From Gemmatimonadales bacterium (GTDB taxonomy: Bacteria > Gemmatimonadota > Gemmatimonadetes > Gemmatimonadales > GWC2-71-9): a DNA stretch of 64,000 nt. Shown here piece by piece: positions 1-9,535 of the stretch; position 1 is the stretch's first letter, and each line of letters begins with the position of its first letter. The stretch is from contig JBFJCP010000006.1 in NCBI GenBank assembly GCA_041615815.1, forward strand, positions 1-64,000. Direction: 5' to 3'. The translations under genes were made by a program, and so were the position numbers. The notes beneath the pieces were generated by a model. That model saw only the letters and a list, made by a program, of their open reading frames with translations, ran no database searches and had not been told where the DNA came from.

Positions 1-6
1 ACCCCC

Positions 7-660
7 GTGGTGACCGAGTGGAGCGCTCGGGTCCCAGAGGACTTCGTGTTCTCGCTCAAGCTGCCCCAAGCAATCACGCACACCAACCAGCTCGTAGACG
101 TGGATGAGCTCATCGAGCAGTTTTTGGAACGGGTGCGTCTCCTCGGGGCTCATCTCGGCCCTCTCCTCGTTCAACTGAGCCCGGCCTTTCGGGCAACGGA
201 CGGAAACCGGTTCGTCTTCCGGGAGTTCTTGAACCGAATTCCGGGAGATTTCCGGTGGGCCGTCGAATTTCGCGACGGCCGCTGGATCGATAGCGACCTG
301 CTGGAGCAGCTCCGTGCCAAGAACGTGGCGCTGGCCCTCGTGGACGGACGGTGGCTCCGGCGCCGCGTCGTGCTCGACCTCGTGCACCGTCCGACCGCGG
401 ATTTCGCGTACATCCGCTGGATGGGTCCGTCGCGACGTATCACGGATTATTCTCATGTGCAAATCGATCGGGAGTCCGAACTCTCCACATGGGCGCGCGC
501 GATCGAAGCCCTCCGCAAGCGGGTCCGGACCGTCTACGGCTACTTCAACAATCACTTCCAAGGTCATAGTCCACAGAGCGTCCGCGACATGCAGCAGCGG
601 CTCGGTCAAACCCCCGTGCCGCCGGCGAGTCTCCAGGAGCAGGTCGAGCTGTTCAGCTAG
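7..660 (+). CDS. DUF72 (YecE-like) family protein, probably 5'-truncated by the window edge
   Basis: FVFSLKLPQAITH, LGPLLVQLSP, AVEFR, YIRWMG, YGYFNNHF motifs typical of DUF72; the frame is open to the window start. Confidence 0.8.
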   Translation: MVTEWSARVPEDFVFSLKLPQAITHTNQLVDVDELIEQFLERVRLLGAHLGPLLVQLSPAFRATDGNRFVFREFLNRIPGDFRWAVEFRDGRWIDSDLLEQLRAKNVALALVDGRWLRRRVVLDLVHRPTADFAYIRWMGPSRRITDYSHVQIDRESELSTWARAIEALRKRVRTVYGYFNNHFQGHSPQSVRDMQQRLGQTPVPPASLQEQVELFS

Positions 661-753
661 TCTCTAAAGATCGGTGCTGCGAGCGCCGATACTCACGGAC
701 AATCCCACGATTCCTGCAAGCCAGATCCTGGAACAGCGTGATAAGATATTGCC

Positions 754-1359
754 GTGAAAGAACATAGCGTACTTCTAATCGACGATGACGCCGGTGTGCT
801 CCGCGCCATCGGCAGGTATTTCGAGGAGCTGGGTTACGAGGTGCTGCGCGCCGAAGCCGGTAAGGCCGGGCTCGGGATGTGGCAGCGCCACGAGCCCGAC
901 GTCACCATTGTGGACCTGTACCTGCCCGACATGAGCGGCATGGAGGTGCTCGACGCCCTCCGCCGCGAACAGGCCGTGGTGATCATGCTCACCGGACATG
1001 GGGACGTGGAGCTGGCGGTTCGAGCCATGCAGATGGGCGCTGAGAGTTTTCTGACGAAGCCCATCGACATGTCGCACTTGACGGCCGCCGTCGGAAAAGC
1101 GGTGGAGAAGAAGGCTCTCCGAGACGAAAACGCTCAGCTCAGAGTCCGGCTGAATCCCAGCCTCAAGCGGAGACTGCTCCGTTACTCACTCCCGGCCGCT
1201 CTGGTCGCTGCAGCCGCTGCGGTGGGGATGCTGATCGGGGGTGGTAGAGGCGAGGAGGATGTGCGACCGCGTCGTCCGATTCCCGTACCCATCGACACGG
1301 CCGCGTCGGCAGGGCCCGGCGCCTCGCAGTCGGGGGTTCAGCTCACTCCCAGTCCCTGA
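754..1359 (+). CDS. Response-regulator receiver domain with C-terminal transmembrane segment
   Basis: LLIDDD, IVDLYLPDMSG (phospho-Asp), MLTGHG, FLTKP; then hydrophobic LPAALVAAAAAVGMLIG. Confidence 0.8.
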   Translation: MKEHSVLLIDDDAGVLRAIGRYFEELGYEVLRAEAGKAGLGMWQRHEPDVTIVDLYLPDMSGMEVLDALRREQAVVIMLTGHGDVELAVRAMQMGAESFLTKPIDMSHLTAAVGKAVEKKALRDENAQLRVRLNPSLKRRLLRYSLPAALVAAAAAVGMLIGGGRGEEDVRPRRPIPVPIDTAASAGPGASQSGVQLTPSP

Positions 1360-1514
1360 CCCGCAGGGCGGGGCACGGGCAAGGAGTCCTCCGCTCGCTA
1401 TCTCGTTGTTCCGCACCTCCCAACGAACCACCGATTGCCCACTGTCAGCCCGCTGAGGGCGGAGGTTGAGGCACGCCATACCGCCCTGCAGCCTATCTAC
1501 CTATCTTCCCGGGC

Positions 1515-3323
1515 ATGAGCACCCTGAGAATCGTCATCGGGCAGATCCGTCCGCGCAAAGCCGATTATGGCGAAAACTTGCGTCGCGTCGGCGCGGTCCT
1601 CGCGCAGCTTGCTGATAGCGATCCGGCGCCCGATCTGGTGGTGTTTCCCGAGACGGTCATGTCTGGATACTTCCTCGAAGGTGGCGTGCGAGAATCCGCT
1701 GTGACCGCTGGGACACTCTTCCGGGACCTTGCGGCTCAGCATTCCTTGGCAGGTGCGCCGCCCATCGACGTCGTCGTCGGTTTCTACGAGGAGTTTCGGA
1801 ACCGGTATTTCAATTCTGCGCTCTATGCGATCCTTGGCGGTCCGCAGCCCGAGATTCGCCACGTTCATCGAAAGGTGTTTCTACCGACGTACGGGGTGTT
1901 CGACGAGGAGCGATTCGTGGACCGGGGGCACGCCGTCCAGGCATTCGACACTCCCTGGGGGCGTGCTGCGCTAGTGATCTGCGAGGACGCCTGGCATTCG
2001 ATGGTGCCCACGCTAGCCGCCATCGATGGTGCCCAAGTCATCATCGTGCCGAGTGCGTCTCCAGCCCGCGGTGTGGCGCCCGGTGCCGAGCGTCTCGAGG
2101 ACGGGGAGCGGCTGCCTGTGAGCGTCCGCCGGTGGGAGCGCGTGATGCGGCGGCTCGCCGAGGAGCACGGCGTCTACGTCGTGCTGGCACAGCTAGTGGG
2201 GTTTGAGGGAGGCAAGGGGCTCGCTGGCAGCTCCATGGTGGTGGCTCCCCAGGGCGATGTCATCGTCCGAGGGCCGCTCTTCGAGGAAGCGCTGATCACG
2301 GCCGAGATCGATACGGACGAGATTAGCAGGGCACGGGCCTCGCTCCCCCTGTTGGCGGATCTCGAAGTTCAGTTGCTCAATCTCCTGGAGCCGTTCAGTG
2401 CTCAAGCGGCGCGTGAGGTCGATTTCGAGGCGGAGGACGAGTGTCCTCGGACACCTCGACCCGCGCCTCCAGCGCGCCATCGAGTCGTCTCGCCGGCTAA
2501 CGGCGGAGATCCACTCGCCATCGATCCGGTGCTGACCGAGCAATGGCTGGTCCAGTTTCTTCGGGACGAGCTCGTGGAGCGTCGAGGGTTTTCCAAGGGG
2601 ATCGTCGGGTTGTCCGGTGGAGTGGATAGCGCTCTCACAGCGGCCCTTGCCGCTCGAGCGCTTGGCCCGGGTAACGTCATCGGTGTGCGCATGCCGTATC
2701 GCACGTCGAGCGTCGAAAGTCTCGAGCATGCGACACTCGTCGCAGAACAGCTTGGGATCGGTCTAGAAACGGTCGACATTACCGATGCGGTGGACGCCTA
2801 TGTGAAGGCGTCGGATCGAGATGCGGACCCGGTGCGGCGAGGCAACGTGATGGCCCGTATGAGGATGATCACCCTGTTCGATCTGTCTGCGAAGTTCGCC
2901 GCCCTTCCGCTGGGGACCGGGAACAAGACCGAACGCCTCCTTGGTTATTTCACCTGGCACGGCGACGACGCACCGCCGGTGAATCCACTAGGGGATCTCT
3001 TCAAGACGCAGGTCCGTCAATTGGCTCGCCACGTGGGTCTTCCTGAGATCGTCGTGACCAAACCGGCGACAGCCGATCTCGTGCGTGGGCAAACCGACGA
3101 AAGTGATCTCGGGATCAGTTACGCAAAAGCGGATCAGATTCTTCACTGGGTATTGGACGGACGCCGGCGTGACGAGGTGGTGAGCTTGGGATTCACCTCG
3201 GAGGAGGTGGAGTTGGTGAGCAAGCGGCTCCACTCGACCCATTGGAAGCGACGCCTTCCCACGGTGGCCATGGTCAGCAGCACGGCGATTGGAGAGAGTT
3301 ACCTCCGACCGGTCGATTACTGA
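1515..3323 (+). CDS. nadE: Glutamine-dependent NAD+ synthetase (nitrilase/CN-hydrolase + synthetase)
   Basis: Nitrilase triad FPE/HRK/ICED; synthetase SGGVDS, GNVMARMRM, GTGNKTE, DLFKTQV. Confidence 0.92.
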   Translation: MSTLRIVIGQIRPRKADYGENLRRVGAVLAQLADSDPAPDLVVFPETVMSGYFLEGGVRESAVTAGTLFRDLAAQHSLAGAPPIDVVVGFYEEFRNRYFNSALYAILGGPQPEIRHVHRKVFLPTYGVFDEERFVDRGHAVQAFDTPWGRAALVICEDAWHSMVPTLAAIDGAQVIIVPSASPARGVAPGAERLEDGERLPVSVRRWERVMRRLAEEHGVYVVLAQLVGFEGGKGLAGSSMVVAPQGDVIVRGPLFEEALITAEIDTDEISRARASLPLLADLEVQLLNLLEPFSAQAAREVDFEAEDECPRTPRPAPPARHRVVSPANGGDPLAIDPVLTEQWLVQFLRDELVERRGFSKGIVGLSGGVDSALTAALAARALGPGNVIGVRMPYRTSSVESLEHATLVAEQLGIGLETVDITDAVDAYVKASDRDADPVRRGNVMARMRMITLFDLSAKFAALPLGTGNKTERLLGYFTWHGDDAPPVNPLGDLFKTQVRQLARHVGLPEIVVTKPATADLVRGQTDESDLGISYAKADQILHWVLDGRRRDEVVSLGFTSEEVELVSKRLHSTHWKRRLPTVAMVSSTAIGESYLRPVDY

Positions 3324-3381
3324 ACCTGCTTCTCCCACCGCTCGGCCATGCAGCCGGCCGGAGCGGGGGCTCGACGAGGGC

Positions 3382-3876
3382 ATGTCACACACCCAATTGG
3401 CTCCCAAGCCCCCCCGTCTGTCGCACGCTACCATGACCGAGTTGATGATGCCGAACATGGCGAACAGTCTCGGCAACGTCTTCGGTGGGGTGCTCTTGTC
3501 ACTCGTAGACCGGGTCGCTGCGGTGGCGGCCATCCGCCACGCGCAGGGCCCCTGCGTGACGGTGTCGGTGGATCGGGTCGACTTCCGTGAGCCAATCCAC
3601 GTCGGAGAGTTGGTGACCGCTCGTGCGAGCGTCAATTACGCTGGGCGGTCATCGGTCTACGTGGGGGTTCGCGTGGAAGCGGAGAATATCGTGAGCGGGG
3701 TAGTCCGGCACACGAACAGTTGTTACCTGACGTTCGTCGCCATCGATGCTGACGGCCGCCCCACGCCGGTCCCGCCTGTCCAACCGGAGACGGACGAGGA
3801 GCGACGACGATACTCGGTGGCTGAGCGACGGCGCGCTAGCCGGGTTCGTGAGACCGAGGCTGGAGAGGGTGAATGA
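3382..3876 (+). CDS. Acyl-CoA thioesterase (hotdog fold, YciA-like)
   Basis: ANSLGNVFGGVLLSLVD, VDFREPIHVG, LTFVAIDADGRP; ATG at 3382 chosen over the longer ORF start. Confidence 0.88.
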   Translation: MSHTQLAPKPPRLSHATMTELMMPNMANSLGNVFGGVLLSLVDRVAAVAAIRHAQGPCVTVSVDRVDFREPIHVGELVTARASVNYAGRSSVYVGVRVEAENIVSGVVRHTNSCYLTFVAIDADGRPTPVPPVQPETDEERRRYSVAERRRASRVRETEAGEGE

Positions 3877-4706
3877 AATACGAGCGTCTCGTCTCGGTGC
3901 TCAGCGGTGGGGGGGCCAAGGCCGCCGCCCAGATCGGCGCCTTGCGGGCCCTCGAGGATCGCGGACTCACACCGAGTCACTACGTTGGAACGTCGATGGG
4001 TGCCGTCGTGGCCGCGTGTTTTGCCAGCGGCCTCAGCTATGCGGACGTCCTTCGGCGCATAACTGCCGTCACCAGGCGGGACGTGGCCGCGTTGTCCCCC
4101 GGTGCAATTCTAGGTTTGTTTGCGGACAGTCTGCTCCGCGATGAACCCTTGCGTGATACGATTGCGCGACTCGTACCCGCGCGCCAATTCGCGGATCTTC
4201 GGATCCCGCTCACGGTGACGGCGGTGGATGCCCGGAACGGCGAGCTCGTATTGTTTGGCGTCGGCGGACGCTCCCGGGTCTCGCTCATCGATGCGCTATA
4301 CGCGTCGTGTGCCCTCCCCATGTATTATCCCCCTGCGGTCATCGGGGACCGGGAGTATCTCGATGGCGGGCTTCGGGCCGTGCTGCCGCTGGATGTGGCT
4401 GCGCAGTTCGATCCGGATCTGGTCTACGCGATCATGGTTGGGCCATCGCTCTTGGACGTCCCCCGCGAGAACGGGAGCCGAATGCCTGCGATGGTACGGG
4501 TTCACAATACCGCCATGCGGATTCTCATGGCGTCCCAGACCGAGGCGGTGGTGAACCGGTGGAAGCAAGCCCGAGTGCCACTCATTCTCGTCCGGCCCCA
4601 GCTGGAACAGGAGGCAACGTTCGCAGTCGACAGTGCGGTGCGCTACGTCGAACACGGGTACCGCGCCGCCATGAGGGCGTTAGCCGACTGGGAAGCAGGA
4701 CGGTGA
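3873..4706 (+). CDS. Patatin-like phospholipase
   Basis: LSGGGAK, GTSMG nucleophile, DGG motif; ATGA overlap with the upstream gene. Confidence 0.88.
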   Translation: MKYERLVSVLSGGGAKAAAQIGALRALEDRGLTPSHYVGTSMGAVVAACFASGLSYADVLRRITAVTRRDVAALSPGAILGLFADSLLRDEPLRDTIARLVPARQFADLRIPLTVTAVDARNGELVLFGVGGRSRVSLIDALYASCALPMYYPPAVIGDREYLDGGLRAVLPLDVAAQFDPDLVYAIMVGPSLLDVPRENGSRMPAMVRVHNTAMRILMASQTEAVVNRWKQARVPLILVRPQLEQEATFAVDSAVRYVEHGYRAAMRALADWEAGR

Positions 4707-4943
4707 ACGCACCTTCATGAAGCAGGAGTGTCACGGCTTCATATTGAGCACCACGAGACGGCAGGGTTTGTTACTATTCGTAAGCGGACGTGCGGTCGTC
4801 GCTCCCGGCGGTTGCGCCTGTCCTTCAGACTGCCCGCGGCCGCGTGTGGGCGTGGCCTGGTGATTGAGCAATGGCCGGTTCCCGTGTACCACGCTGTGGA
4901 CACGACCGGCTCCCAACCAAACTAACGGGACGGGACTTCACGT

Positions 4944-5375
4944 ATGTCGGAGCCGCCGACCAAGTACTTCACGCTGGACGAGGCCAACCGCACGCTCCCC
5001 TACGTTCGTCGCATCGTGGCCGACATCGTTGGGGAGTATCGGGCATGGCGGGACACGATTCACCGGTATGAAGTCATTGCGGCGGCGAGCAAAAGCGACG
5101 AGGGCGAAACGGAGGAGCAGGTCGTCCTTCGCGAGCAGGTGGACGCGATCGCCCGCCGGATCAACAGCTACATCGAAGAGCTGACGCAAGTCGGCTGCGT
5201 TTTCAAAGGGTTCGAGCCGGGTCTCGTGGACTTCTCCAGCCGGTTGAACGGCCGCGACATCTTTCTTTGTTGGCAGCTCGGGGAACCCGAGATTCAATTC
5301 TGGCACGAGATGGATGCGGGATTCGCGGGGCGCCAGGAGCTCGTTCCAGAGCTGGTCGAAGGCCAGTCAGACTGA
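4944..5375 (+). CDS. DUF2203 family protein
   Basis: YFTLDEANRTLP, GLVDF, LCWQLGEPEIQFWH..DAGFAGRQ. Confidence 0.8.
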   Translation: MSEPPTKYFTLDEANRTLPYVRRIVADIVGEYRAWRDTIHRYEVIAAASKSDEGETEEQVVLREQVDAIARRINSYIEELTQVGCVFKGFEPGLVDFSSRLNGRDIFLCWQLGEPEIQFWHEMDAGFAGRQELVPELVEGQSD

Positions 5376-5836
5376 TGGACGTCGTGCTGTTCATCCACTT
5401 CCTTGGCTCGGCACTCTGGATTGGGGGCGCGCTGGCTGCCATGGTCGTCACCTTGAGCGCTCGTGCCGAGGATATGCCGGTTCGTGCCGGCGCGTACCGC
5501 TTACTGACGCCCGTCCACACCATGATCATCGGGCCCGGGGCCCTGCTCGTGGTAGCCTCGGGCTTGTTGCTCACCATGCAGCTGATGACGGGGCCGGCAG
5601 CCGAGCTCATGGCAGCCCCCCGAATCTGGGTGATGCAGGGGACCGGCCTGGTGGGCGGACTCATGGTTTTGTTCGTTGGTCTACCCACGGCGGTGAAGGT
5701 GGGAGGGCTGGCCATTCCCGATGCCACGGGAACGTTCCCGGCCGCCTTCGAACGCTACCGCAAGCGACAGGCCGTGGTCTCTTCGGTGGCGGGGGTCCTC
5801 GCCGTTATCGCCCTCTTCGCTGGCGTGGCCCTGTAA
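5375..5836 (+). CDS. Four-TM membrane protein (DUF2269/CopD-like)
   Basis: TGATG overlap with the upstream gene; FIHFLGSALWIGG and four hydrophobic segments. Confidence 0.65.
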   Translation: MDVVLFIHFLGSALWIGGALAAMVVTLSARAEDMPVRAGAYRLLTPVHTMIIGPGALLVVASGLLLTMQLMTGPAAELMAAPRIWVMQGTGLVGGLMVLFVGLPTAVKVGGLAIPDATGTFPAAFERYRKRQAVVSSVAGVLAVIALFAGVAL

Positions 5837-5919
5837 TTTCCGCACATTATCAAGGTTCACGATCCCCATAATCCGGCCGGGAGGCCCGATTACGATGCCC
5901 CGGGACCTCGCCCCTCATC

Positions 5920-6759
5920 ATGGCTGATCAAAAACAGTGGCGCCTCACGTACGCCGGCAAGCTGCCTATGCCGTCGCCTGCGGCGGCCTTCGACGTGCGG
6001 CGGATCATTGGGCGGTTCACCCTGCACGCTGCCAGCCACCTCGGCCGGATCGCGTACTTGGGCTGGGAGATCGTTCGCGGGCTGGCTGAGCTCCGAATCT
6101 GGATTCCTCGAGCATTCGAACAAGGCGTGCACGTGGGCTACGGCTCGCTGTTCATCGTGCTCCTGACCGCCGCTTTTGCCGGCGGCGTCACCGCCTTGCA
6201 GGCAGGCTATCAGTTCACCGGGAACATCCCCGTCTACGTGGCTGCCGGAGTCATCACCCAATCGATCATTCTGGAGCTCGGTCCCGTACTCACCGCATTG
6301 ATTCTGGCCGGGCGGATCGGTGCGAGGTACGCCGCCGAGCTGGGAACCATGCGGGTGACGGAGCAGATCGATGCCCTGGAGAGTCTGGGTCGCTCGTCGG
6401 TGTCCCACCTGATCATCCCGCGAGTGGTGGCCGGCACCATCATGGTTCCCCTGCTCGTCGTTTTTGCGGATCTCATGGGAATCTGGGCGGGATGGCTGGC
6501 GGCGAAGGGAGCACTCGGGATCACCAACGCGGACTTCGTCTACGGGGCGCGATACTTCTTCAAGCCCTGGGATCTGTGGTACTCGATGATCAAGGCGTTT
6601 GCGTTTGGACTGGCCATCACCGTGATTCCGTGCTACATGGGATTCAGCACCAAACAAGGTGCTGAGGGAGTAGGTCGCGCCACCACCGGTGCGGTTGTGA
6701 GCGCGTCGGTGCTGATCCTCTTCTTGGACGCGCTCCTGGCGAAGGTTCTCCTGCAGTAA
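5920..6759 (+). CDS. mlaE: MlaE-family ABC transporter permease
   Basis: ELGPVLTALILAGRIGARYAAELGTMRVTEQIDALE, GAEGVGRATT. Confidence 0.92.
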   Translation: MADQKQWRLTYAGKLPMPSPAAAFDVRRIIGRFTLHAASHLGRIAYLGWEIVRGLAELRIWIPRAFEQGVHVGYGSLFIVLLTAAFAGGVTALQAGYQFTGNIPVYVAAGVITQSIILELGPVLTALILAGRIGARYAAELGTMRVTEQIDALESLGRSSVSHLIIPRVVAGTIMVPLLVVFADLMGIWAGWLAAKGALGITNADFVYGARYFFKPWDLWYSMIKAFAFGLAITVIPCYMGFSTKQGAEGVGRATTGAVVSASVLILFLDALLAKVLLQ

Positions 6760-6762
6760 GAC

Positions 6763-7482
6763 CTAAGGAGACCGGCGGCTTCCAGTTCCGCAGGCAGGGC
6801 GGACCGGGCATTCCTGGCATTTGGGGCGGCGCGCCGTGCAATAGAGACTGCCGAGGTCCATCAGGGCCTGATTGAACTCCCAGGCAGTCCGGCGCCGTTT
6901 GGGTAGCAGGGCTCGCGCAAGCGCCCAGATGGCGTTGTTCGATGGGTTCATCTTGGGGGCTCGCGGTCGGAAGGCTCGCTGCAGCACGCGCGCGACGTTG
7001 GTATCGACGGCCGGGACCCGTCGCTCGTGAGCGAAGCTCGCAACCGCGCCGGCGGTGTAACGGCCAACACCGGGAAGGGTCTCGAGCGTCCCGGGGTCGC
7101 TGGGCAGTTCTCCACCGTGTTTGGCCACGACGGTGCGGGCGAGCTGATGGAGATTGGTTGCCCTGCGATAGTAGCCGAGTCCGTCCCAAGCTTCCCGCAC
7201 CGCGCCCGGGCGTGCTGCGGCCAGTTCCCGGAGACTCGGGAAGCGGGCCAAGAATCCAGGGTAGTACTCGCGAACACGGGTCACCTGCGTCTGTTGAAGC
7301 ATGAACTCGGAGACGAGGATTCGGTACGGATTCCGGGTAGCGCGCCAGGGAAGGTCTCGACCCCGCGCGCGAAACCACCGCAAGAGACGGCGCTTGAAGC
7401 GCAGGGCGCTCTGTGGGGGGCGGCGAGGCACAGCGGCAAGTATAGGTCGGAAAGTCGTGCGGATGGAAGCATGGAATCGCAC
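6763..7482 (-). CDS. mutY: A/G-specific adenine glycosylase, short form without NUDIX-like domain (start uncertain)
   Basis: RDLPWR, VSEFMLQQT, WDGLGYYRRA, LPGVGRYTA, VDTNVAR, FeS motif CTARRPKCQECPVRPAC. Confidence 0.88.
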   Translation of the reverse strand: MRFHASIRTTFRPILAAVPRRPPQSALRFKRRLLRWFRARGRDLPWRATRNPYRILVSEFMLQQTQVTRVREYYPGFLARFPSLRELAAARPGAVREAWDGLGYYRRATNLHQLARTVVAKHGGELPSDPGTLETLPGVGRYTAGAVASFAHERRVPAVDTNVARVLQRAFRPRAPKMNPSNNAIWALARALLPKRRRTAWEFNQALMDLGSLYCTARRPKCQECPVRPACGTGSRRSP

Positions 7483-7602
7483 GGTCAGGGCGAATTCGAG
7501 CCGCGTGAGGGAGTGAGATGGCCGATAGCAGAAGATGGGATCGAGGGTCGATAATTCAGATCCTTCCGCCGTTCTGTCCAGACAGGTAAGGGTGGCTGGC
7601 GC

Positions 7603-8352
7603 ATGATCGAGCTCAAGCGGGTGTGCAAGCGGTTTGGTGACAACGTGGTGCTCGACGGGGTCGATTTCGATGTCCGCCAGGGCGAGACGGTGGCCCTCCT
7701 AGGGCCGTCGGGAACCGGGAAGAGCGTTCTGCTCAAGCACATGAATGGACTCATCCATCCCGACAGTGGCGAAGTGTGGGTTGACGGGCTGTACGTGCCG
7801 ACGCTCAAGCGCAAGGAACTCGCAAAGCTACGGAACCGGATCGGCTACGTCTTCCAGTTCGGGGCCTTATTTGACTCCATGGATGTGGCAGAGAATATCA
7901 AACTAGGCATCACGGATCCGGAGCTTGCCGGCGACGATGATTATACCGACAACCGAGTGTACGATTGCCTGAACCTGGTGAACCTGCCATCAGAGACAGC
8001 TCACAAGTTTCCGTCGGATCTGTCGGGTGGCATGAAGAAGCGAGTGGGCATCGCACGAGCGATTGCGGGCCGCCCGACGTACGTTTTGTACGATGAGCCA
8101 ACATCGGGGTTGGATCCCGTCAACGCGGACGTGATCGATTCACTGGTCGAGAAACTGCAACACGAGTTGGGTGTGACCAGCGTCGTCGTCACGCACGATG
8201 TGAAAGGTTCGTTCAAGGTGGCGGATCGCATTGCTCTGCTGAAAGATGGGAGAATTCGCGCCATGGCTCCGCCGGACGAGCTCCGACTGAGCCCCGATCC
8301 GGTGGTCCGCCAGTTTCTCGAGCGGGACCTCGACCTCTCTCACGCAAACTGA
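7603..8352 (+). CDS. mlaF: MlaF-family ABC ATPase
   Basis: GPSGTGKS, VFQFGALFDSM, LSGGMKKRV, YDEPTSGLDP. Confidence 0.9.
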   Translation: MIELKRVCKRFGDNVVLDGVDFDVRQGETVALLGPSGTGKSVLLKHMNGLIHPDSGEVWVDGLYVPTLKRKELAKLRNRIGYVFQFGALFDSMDVAENIKLGITDPELAGDDDYTDNRVYDCLNLVNLPSETAHKFPSDLSGGMKKRVGIARAIAGRPTYVLYDEPTSGLDPVNADVIDSLVEKLQHELGVTSVVVTHDVKGSFKVADRIALLKDGRIRAMAPPDELRLSPDPVVRQFLERDLDLSHAN

Positions 8353-8360
8353 GCCAGACG

Positions 8361-9245
8361 ATGGATCTCTATTACAAGCAGGAAATCCGAGTTGGCGTCC
8401 TCGTGCTCGCGGCGCTGGTGATTTTCTTCGGCGGCCTTCTCTGGCTCACGGGAAGCAACCTCGTTGGTGGCGGCGAAACCGACGTGCAGGTTCGGTTCGC
8501 AAGCGTAAAGGGTCTGACGGTGGCGGACCCGGTCCAGATCTCGGGCGTCAACGTCGGGCGCGTGACCGCGGTGCGTCTGGAAGGGGTCGGGGACGTCGTG
8601 GTGAGCTTGGAGGTCGAACGGCGGGTTCAACCGCGCACGGATGCGTCCGCCTCGGTCCGTTCCTTGGACTTTCTCGGGGCTCGCTACGTGGAATACAACC
8701 CTGGAACTTCTCCCGATTTTCTCGGCGCAGACGAGATCATCGATGGCGAGCGGGAGACGGACTTCGCGGCTACGGCATCTGCCATCGGTGACCGGGCATC
8801 GGAATTCATGCTCCGGTCGCAAGAGGTCCTTGTGGAGGACGTCCGACCCACCCTGCATGCGGTCCAACGATCGCTCGACGTGATCGCCCGCCTGGCGGAA
8901 GGCCCCCTGGTCGATGACCTTCGAGGCACCCTCGTTCAGCTCCGGTCCGTGGGAGAACGGCTCGACACGACCCTCGCGAATCCGGCCATTGAGCGATCGA
9001 TTTCGCAGATGGATGAAATCGCAGAGAGCCTGAACGAGATGGCGGATGGCCTCGCCATGACAACGCAATCATTGGGTCAGATACTGCAGAAAGTCGACTC
9101 GAACCAGGGCACATTGGGGCGGCTCGTCAACGACACCACACTCGCTACCGACCTTCACGACGTGCTCACCGAAATGAAGCTCCTCCTCGAGGATTTGCGA
9201 GAGCGCCCGGGCCGCTACATGCCGAGGAACTTCAAAGTCTTTTGA
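8361..9245 (+). CDS. mlaD: MlaD/MCE-domain protein with helical tail
   Basis: N-terminal TM, GLTVADPVQISGVNVGRV MCE motif, GTLGRLVND tail. Confidence 0.88.
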   Translation: MDLYYKQEIRVGVLVLAALVIFFGGLLWLTGSNLVGGGETDVQVRFASVKGLTVADPVQISGVNVGRVTAVRLEGVGDVVVSLEVERRVQPRTDASASVRSLDFLGARYVEYNPGTSPDFLGADEIIDGERETDFAATASAIGDRASEFMLRSQEVLVEDVRPTLHAVQRSLDVIARLAEGPLVDDLRGTLVQLRSVGERLDTTLANPAIERSISQMDEIAESLNEMADGLAMTTQSLGQILQKVDSNQGTLGRLVNDTTLATDLHDVLTEMKLLLEDLRERPGRYMPRNFKVF

Positions 9246-9453
9246 GCGCGCAGTGCGTTCGGTGCGCTCCGTCCAGCTGGAGAGCTACACGCTAGAATCA
9301 CTTCGGCGCTTCCGATACCATCGTACCATCGCATTCGGCTCGGTGGTCGAAACGGCTGAGCGTCTCGAGTTTGCGTTGGCGCTGCAGTAGGTGTCGAAGG
9401 ATGGTCGTTCTGGCTCGCGACCATGCAGCGGTACCGGGCGTCCGATTGAACGC

Positions 9454-9526
9454 CCTCATCCCCGACCCCTCACGCCTCACTCCGCACTCTTTGTCACCCC
9501 TTACCCCTCACCCCTGACTCCTTACT
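9454..9526 (+). repeat. Degenerate heptamer tandem array (CCTCACY-like, ~9 units)
   Basis: cctcatc cccgacc cctcacg cctcact ccgcact ... ccttacc cctcacc cctgact ccttact. Confidence 0.7.
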
Positions 9527-9535
9527 TTTTCTCCC

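Noticed and set aside
9454..9526. CRISPR array
   Set aside because: 7-nt degenerate units without spacers; no cas genes; no CRISPR-like repeats elsewhere in the window.
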